In this document: piece by piece, positions 36,143 through 44,912 of the stretch | Layout: each line of letters starts with the position of its first letter | Numbering within the stretch: the first letter of the stretch is position 1 | Origin: a virus | IMG/VR virus record: IMGVR_UViG_3300021425_000014 | Location: 31,013 to 95,012 of that record | DNA length: 64,000 bases | Reading direction: 5' to 3' (one strand) | Program-made: the position numbers and the translations under genes | Notes under the pieces: generated by a model | What the model saw: only the letters and a program-made list of their open reading frames with translations | What the model was told of the DNA's origin: nothing | Database searches by the model: none

Positions 36143-36710
36143 CGAAATAAGGCAATTTATTAAAAGCAGTAATCCTTTAAGAATTATTGTTGATGAAGTT
36201 GTTCTTGGTAGAGCAAGAATTGATTTACTTGATTTAACTGATGAATTACACGGCTACGAAATTAAAAGCGATCACGATGATTATTCGCGGCTAAAAAATC
36301 AAAAGAAGTATTACAATAAGTTTCTATCTAGAATAACGATAATTGTGGGATCAACAAAGAGAGAAGAAATAGTTAAATTAGTTCCAGAATTTTGGGGTAT
36401 TAAAAGTATTTCCCAAATCGGGAACAAAACCGTACTTGAAACAATTAGAGAACCTAAGCCTAATCCCTTCTTCGATAAGTCTGCCGTTTGCTCCTTGCTT
36501 TGGAGATCTGAACTGCTGGATTTGTTGTGTAAACGACATAAAGTGAGCAAATCAGGTAGATACTCAAAATACAGAAGATGGAAATTATCATATACATTGC
36601 AAAAAGAACTTTCTAAAAGTGATGCTATACAAATAATAAGATCATGTTTATTAAACAGGATCAAAGAGGGATGGAGATTAGATTTTAACAAAGAGAAAGA
36701 AGAAGAGTAA
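36132..36710 (+). CDS. sce7726-family PD-(D/E)xK nuclease-like protein
   Basis: DE..LG.ARID, HGYEIKSD.D...RL..Q, VP.FWGI, LLWR.E. Confidence 0.8.
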   Translation: MYDSEIRQFIKSSNPLRIIVDEVVLGRARIDLLDLTDELHGYEIKSDHDDYSRLKNQKKYYNKFLSRITIIVGSTKREEIVKLVPEFWGIKSISQIGNKTVLETIREPKPNPFFDKSAVCSLLWRSELLDLLCKRHKVSKSGRYSKYRRWKLSYTLQKELSKSDAIQIIRSCLLNRIKEGWRLDFNKEKEEE

Positions 36711-36755
36711 ATATACTTTACTTCATGTTCCCCTAATTAGCAATACCCTACCGGA

Positions 36756-36870
36756 AGATCATGGTAATTAAGATCTTTAAATTTAGATCATGGTAATTAG
36801 AGAGAACCTTAATTAGATCATGTTAATATAGATCTTTTACATGAGATCATGGTAAATAAGATCATGTAAA
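36756..36870. repeat. About 15-bp tandem AGATC(ATGGTAA) repeat, 7 GATC sites
   Basis: GATC at 36757, 36772, 36786, 36816, 36831, 36845, 36860. Confidence 0.88.
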
Positions 36871-37208
36871 TATAATATATAAAAAAATAAGGTTCCCCCT
36901 TTTCCCCTACCCACATCGTAGCATATATTTTTAAGGCCGTCAAGTACCCCCCCGGAAATTTTTTCATGAAGTTTAAGCAGGTATCGCGGCAAAAAACTGA
37001 AAAACCTCCTCTTTGTAAATCATTAGGGGTAACAGTATAAACTTTGCTCAATGAATTACTGTAGAAGTTGTATGCTAAAAGTGATTTCAGATAGTCTCAA
37101 GGGTGATTGTACATTGCCGCAATTTCAATGGCCTTTATCGAGCCCACATAAGCCAACAGCCCCCAGACGAATCTGGAGGCTGTCGAAGGAGGCACAGTTA
37201 ATTTTAGT

Positions 37209-37685
37209 TTAATCTTCGTTCTTTTTATAAATTAAATGCCAATCTTTATCATCAAATTGATTATTCAAATACTGTCGATTAAATGCAACATCTTCTGGCC
37301 TGTATTCAAGAGTGATCTTCTCGAATTCAATATCTTTTAGAATAAAATCAATCAAATCGGCGTCCACAACTTTATAAGGCATATTCATTTCAACCATTAG
37401 TTGTGCTTCTAATTTCATTCCTTGAGATAACTTTTCACCTTTCTGTAAAAAGAACCAAACTTCATCACACTTAGACATTAAAGCAAGCGCTCCTTCAATG
37501 CCCAATTCCCTTTCTTCGGGCCTGAGATCGTCTAAAAATCGCGGAAAATAAACGTGCGGCGCTACAGGTATATGTCCCATATTTACAACATATTTACAAA
37601 ACCGCTCCGCCCGCTCAATGTTCTCTTCTTTGCCACCAAAACGGCTGCTTACCATAACCAGTTTCTTTGTAGTGCTGTTTTTCAT
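37209..37685 (-). CDS. DUF4406/nucleoside 2-deoxyribosyltransferase-like protein
   Basis: V.S.F.G..ENI..A..FC, P.APH.YFP.FL.D, ERELG, CDEVW, S.GM..E. Confidence 0.75.
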   Translation of the reverse strand: MKNSTTKKLVMVSSRFGGKEENIERAERFCKYVVNMGHIPVAPHVYFPRFLDDLRPEERELGIEGALALMSKCDEVWFFLQKGEKLSQGMKLEAQLMVEMNMPYKVVDADLIDFILKDIEFEKITLEYRPEDVAFNRQYLNNQFDDKDWHLIYKKNED

Positions 37686-37687
37686 CT

Positions 37688-37990
37688 TTACACCACCTTC
37701 TCTAATTTGTTATCATTCAAAAGTTCAATTAATTCACGTTCTTTGCGCGCATAAAACAATATCGCTTCTTTTTTCATTGCAATAATTGTTCCAAGTAGAT
37801 ACTCTGCTGCCTCCTTTTCAATGTCATATAATTCATTTTCCAACATATATAAATTATTTCTAACCGAGTACCAATACCAGTCTTTGTTGCAAACAGGAAT
37901 CAAAACCTCTTGCTCAACTTTTAACTCTCTCCAGTTGATATAATAGATTTGTTTGTCTATAATATCTAATAGGTCAACACTTCTAGCCAT
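37688..37990 (-). CDS. Hypothetical protein
   Basis: GGAGGT SD. Confidence 0.7.
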   Translation of the reverse strand: MARSVDLLDIIDKQIYYINWRELKVEQEVLIPVCNKDWYWYSVRNNLYMLENELYDIEKEAAEYLLGTIIAMKKEAILFYARKERELIELLNDNKLEKVV

Positions 37991-38001
37991 TATAACCTCC
38001 T

Positions 38002-38403
38002 ATGACTTACGAAGATAAAATCAACTACATTATAACAAATAGACCGCCATTATCCAAGCGCGCACAAAAAATATATGATATTATAAATAATTCTGGTGGA
38101 AATTTGAGAGCTTGGAATATTACTTTCTCAAAAGCAATTGGATTAGCATCTACCGGGCAAAATGATTTCTTTACATATCTTGATGAGTGTATAGAAAAAG
38201 ATTATGTTAGAGTTCACTTCAACAAAAAAAGGGGCGAAAAAAACTGGTTCTTTACTTTTGAGTATTGGTCTTTTCAACTTTTGCCGAATCTAGGAACTTG
38301 CGTAACTTCTGAAGCTCATAATCAATATATTGAAGATAAACTTTCGGAAGTGCTACCTCGTAAAGAGCCTCATTCTGAACAGGATCCAATTCAACACCCA
38401 TGA
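38002..38403 (+). CDS. Hypothetical protein (possible wHTH); overlaps an antisense gene
   Basis: 133-aa ORF, no clear SD. Confidence 0.4.
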   Translation: MTYEDKINYIITNRPPLSKRAQKIYDIINNSGGNLRAWNITFSKAIGLASTGQNDFFTYLDECIEKDYVRVHFNKKRGEKNWFFTFEYWSFQLLPNLGTCVTSEAHNQYIEDKLSEVLPRKEPHSEQDPIQHP

Positions 38404-38551
38404 TTCCATAAATGCCTTCTTTGGCATATTTCTTAAATGTATCACCGGGTTGAAAGTTTCGGGGAAGAATAACCTTTGAACCAAACTCCTGAACAAGAGT
38501 TAACATCAAATCTTCTTCTGGGTGACTTTTAACTAAAAGCATCTCAGTCAT
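38252..38551 (-). CDS. Hypothetical protein
   Basis: GGAGGT SD before ATG 38551. Confidence 0.6.
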   Translation of the reverse strand: MTEMLLVKSHPEEDLMLTLVQEFGSKVILPRNFQPGDTFKKYAKEGIYGIMGVELDPVQNEALYEVALPKVYLQYIDYELQKLRKFLDSAKVEKTNTQK

Positions 38552-38609
38552 TCTTACCTCCATAAACTAAAATAAATTGTATTGACCTTTTATTATTTTA
38601 AGGGAAACT

Positions 38610-40340
38610 ATGTATAACGATTTTAAATTTGCAATTCCAATTACTAGAGCATATATGAGTGAAAGCGGGGAAATGCTATTTGAAGGCATCGCCTCGTCTA
38701 CTAGTATAGATACTTTTGAAACTGTTTTCAATGCGAATTGCCAAAATTCTTTCGCTTTTGATATTGCGAGAGGAATGGAAACCGGAGAGCCCGTAGAGTT
38801 AGAAGCCGAACATCTTGGCGAAGAAGAACCAATGAATATTCTTGGTGCAGTCATCAACGCCGAAGTTACAGAAGATTCCAGGCTAAAGGTAATCGCCAGA
38901 TTAGACTCCGATAATCCTAAAGCTGTTTACTATTTCAAGAAAATGACTGTACCCGATGCCATTACTGGTAAAACTAAGCAGTTTGGCTTATCAATTAATG
39001 GTGTTGTAAGAGAAGCAGAATATCAATATAATGAAGAGCTTCGCAAAAACATTAGGGTATTTAATCGTGTCCAATTAAGAAAGATTGGGATTGTTCGCCG
39101 CCCCTCCAATCCAGATTCGTGGATTGAAAAAATTATCCGCTCAGTAGATTGGTCTGAAGTTGAAGAGACAAAGCAAGAAATTGCTGAAAGAAATAGCTCT
39201 GAGCTTAAGAAATTAATTGAAATTCTAATGCACGCATATCAAGCTATGGAAATGCTTGAAATGGAAGAAGATGAAATGGATTCCGAAGAGCAAGGCGAAG
39301 AAGAGGATTACTCAGAAGAGCAAATGATGTCCGCCATTGAATATATGCGTGGCTGGATGAAAAAGCGGATGGCAAATACCTCAAATATGGCAACTAGTAT
39401 TAAGGAAGATCTATCAGACGAATATATGCTCTTAGAAAGAGCCAAATATGATGGAATTGATTTCAGTCCTCCAGAAGCAGTTAAGTCTAAGCTCAGAAAA
39501 GGACTAAAATTATACGAAGATGGAAGAGGTGGTAAGGGATTAGTCTCTGCCACAATTTCATGGGCACGCAAACTTGCAGCCGGGGAAAACATTTCTCCAG
39601 AGAAGGCTCGTAAGATGAGTGCTTGGCACGCACGTCACGCAGTCGATAAGCGTCCAGGTTGGGATAAAGCAGGTGAGGAAACTCCAGGTTATGTCGCAAA
39701 TCTGCTTTGGGGTGGTGAACCGGGTCGCAAATGGGCTGATCGTCTAGTAGAGGCTATGGAGAAAAAGGATTCCGAAATGAAAGAAACTCGACAAGAAGAA
39801 CTAGTTCTTGATTCCGCTGAAGTTACTGAAGCCGCCGAGGCCGTAGAGGTTGAGGTTGTTGAGGTTCGTGAAGAGGAATCCCAAGAAAAGGAACTCGAAG
39901 TAGAAGCAGTGGAAGAGGCCGTAGAGGCTGAAGAGGTTGCAGAGGAAGTTGTAGCTGAAGAGCCTGCCGAAAGGGCTGAATCTTCTACCGAATCTCTTGT
40001 TGCCGCAGTTGCTTCCATGTTGGACGAAAAAATCGCGGAACTACGCTCATCTTTGGAAACTACTATTAAGGAAGTTTCTGAACAAAATAAAGAGCTACGT
40101 TCAGAACTACAAAACGTAAAGAAAGCTAATGAAGAGTTAGTTGAGCGTGTACAGAAAGTTGAATCAGAACCCGCAACCAAACCTGGTTCTCAGCTAATGG
40201 AAGCTGTCACCCGTGAGCAATCAACCGCTTCAAAGCGCGAAGAAAATATTCAACGCGCAAAAGAAACGAACGACACTCAAGAGTTAATCAAGCATAAGCT
40301 ATTTGGCGCTAAATATCTAGGATATGGTGAATTTGCCTAA
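38610..40340 (+). CDS. Prohead protease-scaffold fusion
   Basis: N-terminal HK97-like protease (EGIAS...D, EH, GLSING, IGIV.RP.N), acidic linker, C-terminal coiled coil; directly upstream of capsid gene. Confidence 0.8.
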   Translation: MYNDFKFAIPITRAYMSESGEMLFEGIASSTSIDTFETVFNANCQNSFAFDIARGMETGEPVELEAEHLGEEEPMNILGAVINAEVTEDSRLKVIARLDSDNPKAVYYFKKMTVPDAITGKTKQFGLSINGVVREAEYQYNEELRKNIRVFNRVQLRKIGIVRRPSNPDSWIEKIIRSVDWSEVEETKQEIAERNSSELKKLIEILMHAYQAMEMLEMEEDEMDSEEQGEEEDYSEEQMMSAIEYMRGWMKKRMANTSNMATSIKEDLSDEYMLLERAKYDGIDFSPPEAVKSKLRKGLKLYEDGRGGKGLVSATISWARKLAAGENISPEKARKMSAWHARHAVDKRPGWDKAGEETPGYVANLLWGGEPGRKWADRLVEAMEKKDSEMKETRQEELVLDSAEVTEAAEAVEVEVVEVREEESQEKELEVEAVEEAVEAEEVAEEVVAEEPAERAESSTESLVAAVASMLDEKIAELRSSLETTIKEVSEQNKELRSELQNVKKANEELVERVQKVESEPATKPGSQLMEAVTREQSTASKREENIQRAKETNDTQELIKHKLFGAKYLGYGEFA

Positions 40341-40532
40341 ATTGCTTACGGATTAGTAAGTTTAAAATACCCCGCCACACTTCAGGTCTACTATAGATAC
40401 AGTGCTCCAACGGCGGGCTTTAATCTAAAATATATATAGAACACTCTTCTCCGTAATACATTCCTCCACTGGACTGAGTGTAGAGAAGAATCGCAAATCC
40501 CTTTTTTCTTACTTCATTTTGAAAGGTAAAAA

Positions 40533-41480
40533 ATGTCAGATCTATCTAAGAAAGAAGAGGCGCTTCTTCGCGCACTCAATACTACCAACTTCGCTGATTC
40601 AATCCACGAAGATCTATCAGATCTAATCCAGTATATCACCCCTCCCGATGTACCCCTATTCTCACGCCTACGTCGCACGAATGCCACCGCTCTAACCCAT
40701 GAGTGGACTGAGACTTCTCTAACGTCTTCATTCACTGCTTCAGCCTATGGCGATGGCGGCGCGCCTAATGATCACGAAAGCACCACTGTTCGTCGTGACA
40801 ACAAGGTAATGTCAATCGGTCGTATCGCCAAAGCAACCGAGTTGCTAAATGCCACCAACACCATTGGTAAGGCTGGCGGTATGGATGCATTTGCTCGCGA
40901 AGTCGAAGAGAAAATGCAAGACGTTATGCGTGCAATCGAATACTGGGTATGGAATGGTGACAAGACCCAAACCTCACCTCAGCAGATGAACGGCCTAATC
41001 GCTGAACTAGCTTCCGGCACCAACGAAATTCAGAACGCTGGCTCAGCTTCTGCCCTAGTTGAAACCAAGCTACAAGAAGCACTAATCGCTGCTTATGCTG
41101 CCGGTGGCAACCCCAACGTAATCCTATGCCGTCCTGCCGTTGCTCAACGCATCGCCAACTTCACCGCCGAGAGAGTTCGCTATCTAGCCGGTGGCCAACC
41201 AGGCGGACTAGGCGTTTCCACGCTACGTTATCTATCACCTCTAGGTTATGACCTAGAAATCGTTCCCGTCCGTGGCGACTTCCTACCCTCTGGTAAAGTA
41301 TTCGTCGTAGACACCACCAAGGTTGCAATCGCTGACCTAGCTGGTGGCATCCGTATGAAGGAATTGTCAATTGGCAATGCCGACATTGTAGCCAACCGCC
41401 TAATCAAGTGGTATGGCACCTTGGAACTACGTGCGAAAACTCACCACGCAGTCATCACCAACGTATCAGACGGTCTATAA
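40533..41480 (+). CDS. Major capsid protein (SU10/DUF5309-like)
   Basis: EDLSDLI..I.P.D.P, HEW, RDN, R.IEY...G, QMNG, GTLE. Confidence 0.85.
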   Translation: MSDLSKKEEALLRALNTTNFADSIHEDLSDLIQYITPPDVPLFSRLRRTNATALTHEWTETSLTSSFTASAYGDGGAPNDHESTTVRRDNKVMSIGRIAKATELLNATNTIGKAGGMDAFAREVEEKMQDVMRAIEYWVWNGDKTQTSPQQMNGLIAELASGTNEIQNAGSASALVETKLQEALIAAYAAGGNPNVILCRPAVAQRIANFTAERVRYLAGGQPGGLGVSTLRYLSPLGYDLEIVPVRGDFLPSGKVFVVDTTKVAIADLAGGIRMKELSIGNADIVANRLIKWYGTLELRAKTHHAVITNVSDGL

Positions 41481-41491
41481 ACCTCTTAATG

Positions 41492-41517
41492 GAGGCCCCT
41501 GCAAAGGGGCCTCTTTT
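41492..41517 (+). terminator. Intrinsic terminator after capsid gene
   Basis: GAGGCCCCT-GCAA-AGGGGCCTC-TTTT. Confidence 0.85.
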
Positions 41518-41571
41518 ATATGGGCCTAAAAACGGGCTCATAACTATAAAATAATAATAGTAGGTATAGAT

Positions 41572-42219
41572 ATGTCATACGTAACAGTACAAGAATTTTT
41601 ATCATCACCTTATGGAGCGGATTTCCAGCCCGGCGAAGACTGCTCTGTTTTCGCGTCAACTGGGGATGTTTTTGACTTCCTAGAATACATTTCTTCGCTG
41701 ATTGATTTATATGCTGGTCAATCATTTGGAACTGGCGTAGTTGAAGAAGAGTTCATCGGAAAAGCGGGACAAACAAGAGTATATCTAAGAAAGTTCCCAT
41801 TGCATTCTATTCAATCAATCAAATATGATCAAGCGTCTTACAGTAGCACTTTTAATATTGAAGGCTATTCGTTGCAGCAAATCACGATGGATCCAGGCAA
41901 TTATAGATTCTTCAAAGATGGAAGAGTTATATTCAATGGAAGCCTTTATTCTGATGCTGTTTACCAAGTTACTTATGTTGCGGGATATCAAGAAATACCA
42001 TCCCCAATAAAAATGGCAACCCTAATGCTTGCAAATACATATGCTCAATCAGTAGATACCGGCTCTGTTGCAATTCCAGAAGGTGGCTCAATCACCAGAT
42101 TCGTATTCAATAAATTTGAAAGTAATTACGTTGATCCTCGCCAAAGATACGACGATATGAATATTGGCATCCCAGTAACTGTTCAGGCAATCTTAAACAG
42201 ATATAAGTTCTTAAAATGA
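41572..42219 (+). CDS. Head-tail adaptor
   Basis: YVT..EF, S..ID.Y, VTY.AGY..IP..IK.A, IL..YK. Confidence 0.75.
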   Translation: MSYVTVQEFLSSPYGADFQPGEDCSVFASTGDVFDFLEYISSLIDLYAGQSFGTGVVEEEFIGKAGQTRVYLRKFPLHSIQSIKYDQASYSSTFNIEGYSLQQITMDPGNYRFFKDGRVIFNGSLYSDAVYQVTYVAGYQEIPSPIKMATLMLANTYAQSVDTGSVAIPEGGSITRFVFNKFESNYVDPRQRYDDMNIGIPVTVQAILNRYKFLK

Positions 42220-42614
42220 GTAGAAGAATACGAAGACTTATATGTAAAAGATTTATTAATAACATCGGAATTGATGTTATTCTAAAAAGATTTGATAATC
42301 AAGAGGCTCTAGATATATACGGCGAACCGCTTGATGGCGACATAACGCTAGCTAGCTCTAGAATTATCAAAATAGTTGTTAATACAGATAAAAGACAAGT
42401 TGAGGAAACTGTGGCTGGCGGCCAACCAGAAAACGACAAAAAAGAACAACTCTATTTCTTTTGCGCAGGAAACGAAGACGTTAAAACCGGAGATAAAATA
42501 GTATATCCACCAAACACCGAAACTGAATGGCTTGTTTATTATATTGAACCAAGTGTTCTGTCTGGGACGATCATAATGAATGAAGTCAAGTGCAAGAGGG
42601 ATGCTAGATTTTAA
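42216..42614 (+). CDS. Head closure/stopper protein
   Basis: Synteny, size, DIYGEP and GDKI motifs. Confidence 0.55.
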   Translation: MSRRIRRLICKRFINNIGIDVILKRFDNQEALDIYGEPLDGDITLASSRIIKIVVNTDKRQVEETVAGGQPENDKKEQLYFFCAGNEDVKTGDKIVYPPNTETEWLVYYIEPSVLSGTIIMNEVKCKRDARF

Positions 42615-43144
42615 TGGCACGTGGCGAATATCTTGGTGCAAAAGAATTTAATAAAAGATTAAGGGAATTAATGGCGAGAGTTGAAAACTCATTGCCAGAG
42701 CTTGGCGAAATAGTTGCTTCAGAGATATCCGAAAAAGCAGTTAAAAATGCTAAGAATAATATTGAGTACGGAATGCAGATGGATGGACATTCCGAGTTTA
42801 CCTCTGAATTAACAGAAAAATTAAGAGGTGGCGATACTGGGAATGTTTTAGACGAAAGTGGATATTTAAAAGATTCTATCTATGTTGTAGACAAATTGTT
42901 TAATAGAGATTCAATTATAGTTGTAATCGGTTCATATATGCCATATGCGGCATATCACGAAGAAGGATTTGACGCAAGAATACCAGGATTAAAAGAAACT
43001 AAAAAAGTTCCCGCTAGGCCATTCTTGAAGCCCGGCGTAGAAAAAGCCATAAAAGACGCGTTTTCTTTTGGTCTCGAATCAAGAGTAAGAAGAGCCTTAG
43101 ATGCGAAAGTAAGGGGCAGAAGCTGGAAGAAGTTCTTCAAATGA
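42614..43144 (+). CDS. Virion morphogenesis/tail completion protein (HK97 gp10-like)
   Basis: SGYLKDSI, YAAYHEEG, PARPFLKP. Confidence 0.75.
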   Translation: MARGEYLGAKEFNKRLRELMARVENSLPELGEIVASEISEKAVKNAKNNIEYGMQMDGHSEFTSELTEKLRGGDTGNVLDESGYLKDSIYVVDKLFNRDSIIVVIGSYMPYAAYHEEGFDARIPGLKETKKVPARPFLKPGVEKAIKDAFSFGLESRVRRALDAKVRGRSWKKFFK

Positions 43145-43857
43145 GAGATTTAGAACATTTAATTCTTTATACACTATGTATGAATATTTCGGAAGTATCC
43201 GGTATTCCTACTGGTAGAATTATGGCTAAAATGCCTGATATTCAATTTGTTAATAAATACGACGGAACTAATAATCCTGAACAAAATGCTCAAAAATTTC
43301 CATGCGTTGGCATGAAATACGCCGGAGAAGTCAAGTATAAAATCAATAAATATGGCGAAAAGCACAAAGTTCTTGTAACACCAACACAAGTCAAGATATA
43401 TGAACCACTTGGCGAATTATGGCTACCATTAACAATTTATCTATATACAAACTCAAGAAAAGAGCAAAGGGAAATTGGGAACTCTATTGGGTTTTATTTA
43501 GCAACGAATAATATGATCGCACTTAGGGGCGATGAAATGCCTGGCGAATATATTTCGATAATTTATGAATCATATAGAGATTTTTGCGAATTAAGGCCAT
43601 ATGTCAGGGCATATGACATAAAAGTAAACGGAAGAATGTTGCAAGAAATCTCTGGACACCTAATTGACGAAATAAATACAAGTTTAACTACTATAACAAA
43701 TGGAGCAACATCAACTGCCTCTGAGCCAGAAGTTTTAACTAATACTATTACTGGTGATTTATACATAAACGAAGATGTTACGATCAAGTATAGTATATCC
43801 GAAGAAGGATTAATTTTCGTAACAGAAGATGGAACAGAACTAGCATTTGAGCTTTAA
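43141..43857 (+). CDS. Putative tail terminator/neck protein
   Basis: Synteny; C-terminal TEDG peptide. Confidence 0.5.
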   Translation: MRDLEHLILYTLCMNISEVSGIPTGRIMAKMPDIQFVNKYDGTNNPEQNAQKFPCVGMKYAGEVKYKINKYGEKHKVLVTPTQVKIYEPLGELWLPLTIYLYTNSRKEQREIGNSIGFYLATNNMIALRGDEMPGEYISIIYESYRDFCELRPYVRAYDIKVNGRMLQEISGHLIDEINTSLTTITNGATSTASEPEVLTNTITGDLYINEDVTIKYSISEEGLIFVTEDGTELAFEL

Positions 43858-43871
43858 ATAGAGGAACTAAG

Positions 43872-44612
43872 ATGGCAGTTAAAATCTCTAGTTTGCCATT
43901 AGCTAATAAGCTAAACGGTGACGAAATTATTCCAGTAATTCAAGGTGGTAGAACAAGGCGCTCTAGAATTAAAGACGTAAATACAGAGAAAATTGAGACT
44001 AGAAAGTCTAATTATACATTGTCAGAATTAGACGGAACTGCCATTTGCGATGCATCTGCTGAATCTTTTTCTATTTTATTACCACAGGCTGATCTATTTA
44101 GGGGTAAAATTTACGAATTTAAAAAGATTGACACAAGTGAAAATACTGTAACAATTTCAAGCCTAGCTGGCGAAACAATTGATGGAGCTACTGGATTAGT
44201 TCTAGAAAATGAAAACGACTCATACACCTTAAGGTCTAGCGGCTCTGGCTGGATTGTAACATCTGAAAAAACTCGCGCAACCAGAACTGCTCCAGAATAT
44301 GCTTTTATGCATAGAGAAATTACCGCCGCAAATATCGAAGCAAATATTCCTAGTCAAAAAAAGGGAAGAATACTTAAAGGTTATTCTAAACTAATAATAG
44401 ATGTAGATGTTATTGAGCCTGGCTCATATGTTCAACTTTTGCCTTTAACCTGGAATCCTCTTCTTGAGAAATATATTCCGGGTGCAGTGTCTGCCAGAAT
44501 TCGGGAAAGTAAACGGTTTATTTTGGATATTCAAAGTCCCGATGATGTTTATCTAGTACCTGTAGATGTTCAAGGCAAGGTTTCAGTTGTGGTTGGAGGC
44601 TATAATCCATGA
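43872..44612 (+). CDS. Virion fibre/adaptor protein
   Basis: KISSLP N-terminus, LP.A...GK....K.D...N.VTI...ETIDG domain. Confidence 0.6.
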   Translation: MAVKISSLPLANKLNGDEIIPVIQGGRTRRSRIKDVNTEKIETRKSNYTLSELDGTAICDASAESFSILLPQADLFRGKIYEFKKIDTSENTVTISSLAGETIDGATGLVLENENDSYTLRSSGSGWIVTSEKTRATRTAPEYAFMHREITAANIEANIPSQKKGRILKGYSKLIIDVDVIEPGSYVQLLPLTWNPLLEKYIPGAVSARIRESKRFILDIQSPDDVYLVPVDVQGKVSVVVGGYNP

Positions 44613-44890
44613 CTTGGGACACATTTGGATTTAGTGGCACAGATGGTGTCAGTTTAACTGCTGACGCTGTTCGCGTTAATGAAGAAGTTATAACCCTAGA
44701 TTTTGTAGACTTTCAACTGCAAACAATCTATCCAATTTATCCAGGCAGTTTAAAGGTTTATATAAATGGGGTGAATCAATCACCGGAATTAGATTTCCAA
44801 GAAAATGGTGACGGGAAGTCATTTACTTGGATCTCTGAAGAGGCAATTACGGTAGATGACAGCGTGTTGGTGGATTACATTATTGCTTAA
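44609..44890 (+). CDS. Small virion protein
   Basis: LKVYING..Q...DF.E domain. Confidence 0.55.
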   Translation: MTWDTFGFSGTDGVSLTADAVRVNEEVITLDFVDFQLQTIYPIYPGSLKVYINGVNQSPELDFQENGDGKSFTWISEEAITVDDSVLVDYIIA

Positions 44891-44912
44891 AGAAAGGTGA
44901 AATTTACCCAAA

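Noticed and set aside
36818-37051. 77-aa minus-strand ORF
   Set aside because: Runs through the GATC repeat array and AT tract; likely spurious
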